Shown here in pieces: positions 62,420-64,000 of a stretch of DNA of 64,000 nt. Position 1 is the stretch's first letter. The number at the start of each line of letters is the position of its first letter. This DNA comes from Squalus acanthias (Eukaryota): contig CM059432.1 of NCBI GenBank assembly GCA_030390025.1, forward strand, positions 25,422,001-25,486,000, given 5' to 3'. Both the position numbers and the translations under genes were made by a program. The notes below the pieces were generated by a model, which did no database searches, had not been told where the DNA came from, and saw only the letters and a list, made by a program, of their open reading frames with translations.

Positions 62420-63005
62420 TTTCGTAACATACGTCCTGTGAGCATCTACTAAAAATTCATGTACACTGCATCTACTGCATTCCCTTGATCACTTCTTCAA
62501 AAAATTCTGCTAGATTTGTCACAATTTACCGTTAACAAATCTATGCCGACTGTCCTTGATTAATCCACGCATTTTTAAATGCTCACCAATGTTATTTCGC
62601 ATGTTGCATAAGAGTTTGCCCACAGCTGAATTTATTAATTCATTTCCGGGATGTCGCTGTCGCTGGCAAGGCTGGTATTTATTGCCTGTCTCTAGAAATT
62701 GAGTCATTTGCCTTTCAGAGGGCAGCTAAGTCAACCATGTTGGTGTAAGACTGGAATCACACACAGGCAAGACCAGGTAAGGACAGCAAGCTTCCTTCCC
62801 TAAAGAACATTAGTGAACTAGTTGGGTTTTTACAACAATCCAACATCTTCTGAGGCCAGCATATCTTTTTATATTCCCAGATTTTTTTTAAATTGAATTC
62901 AAATTCTCAAACTGCCATAGTGGGATTTGAATTTACGTTCTCTGGCTTATTAGTCCAGACCTCTAGATTACTAGTCCAGTATCGTAACTACTGCACTACT
63001 GTACC
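62420..63005 (-). mobile_element. Old CR1 RT remnant followed by an older copy of the 61335 SINE
   Basis: GLIKDSRHRFVNGK peptide; reverse-complement similarity to 61340-61620. Confidence 0.7.
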
Positions 63006-63189
63006 CAATTGGACTAATTGATCTATATCTGTGATGGCAGCTGTGATTACAGGACATTCAGTACTGGCAATAAGATATTATGGCTGATTTTATGAATGCA
63101 CATTACCACCAAGGAGCCTCATCCGCTTGCTGTACATATTAGGATATTTTCAGTTTATCAGGGACTAAGAAATTCACAGGAAAGTCATT

Positions 63190-63337
63190 TAAACTTTTTT
63201 AGCGATCGTGTAAAATGGGCGATCGCAGATCAGCCGTCCGTTGTACACCTCTCCCCATTTTCCTTTAAATCGGGAGAGCTGTATAACAGACAGCTGATCT
63301 GAGATCGCCCATTTTACACTATCGCCAAGAGTGGTTC
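63190..63337. repeat. Palindromic hairpin / MITE
   Basis: GTGTAAAATGGGCGATCGCAGATCAGC...GCTGATCTGAGATCGCCCATTTTACAC inverted arms. Confidence 0.85.
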
Positions 63338-64000
63338 TATCTGCCTCCGTCTAATGTCTGTGCTAGCTGTGTAAATACAGCAGTCTAATGGTTGCTGTCC
63401 TTTTGAACTCTGACAGTAACAATTGGTATCGTTACAGTGGGTTGGGCTGGCCAAGATAGAGCTGGTCACTCCAGGGACCAGGAAGCAAAATCTAACAATT
63501 CGGCACAGAACCAAAGCTCAAGTCCTTTAACCGAGCTGTGAAAAGTTCCCAATTGTCTTCTCTAGCTGTGAAACATTGCAGTGGTGAGAAACAACACGAG
63601 CCTGTAGATGCCCAGCATCCTTGAACGTGTGGGATTGTAAAATGTTATAAATTCCTAAACAGGCCACAATGCAATCACCGTAAATATGAGACAGGGTAAA
63701 TTTTACACGCCCTCAAAAAAATTTAATTGGAAAATCCTGCTCCTCAAAAACTCCATGGTCATGGTTTCAAATTTCTCAGAGAATGAGACACTCTGGATGG
63801 CAAACGTGATCAAACAACAAGATTGATCCGTCAGTGATGGGAATGTCAAGATAACAACCGACCTTTCATAAAAATCATGATTTTACTGGAAGCCTTGTGA
63901 AAAAAAAAATCTTTTATTTTCAATGCCACTGGGTTGAAGGTTTAAAGTATTCATTTAAACCTGGATTAGGCAGTCTGTAGCTTGTGTTTTATAGGAAACT

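Overview
Vertebrate genomic DNA made up mostly of transposable elements. The repeat inventory resembles a cartilaginous fish (shark); this is inferred from the repeat families, not from a database match. No host gene could be named; only two weak candidate exons were found (11074-11178 and 35189-35230). Contents: many CR1 LINEs, one with an uninterrupted 955-aa EN+RT ORF2 (12812-15679, -); a long L2 LINE; at least two Penelope-like (PLE, RT + GIY-YIG) families whose pseudo-LTRs carry minimal type-I hammerhead ribozymes; PIF/Harbinger transposons, including a 4160-bp copy with TIRs, TAA TSD, a transposase with one frameshift and an intact 3-exon Myb/SANT gene, plus deleted copies and MITEs; tRNA-derived SINEs; and a solo LTR. 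Many elements are nested, with readable TSDs. Highlights: (1) hammerhead motifs, including two tiny TSD-flanked insertions that are little more than ribozyme plus pLTR tail; (2) a U_UUA_AAC slippery heptamer at the ORF1 stop of four CR1 copies, with ORF2 continuing in the -1 frame and, in the intact copy, lacking a suitable AUG; (3) a compact CR1 with vestigial ORF1 but intact ORF2, inserted at the edge of a hammerhead; (4) a local ~730-bp inverted duplication. Boundaries without TSD support are approximate.
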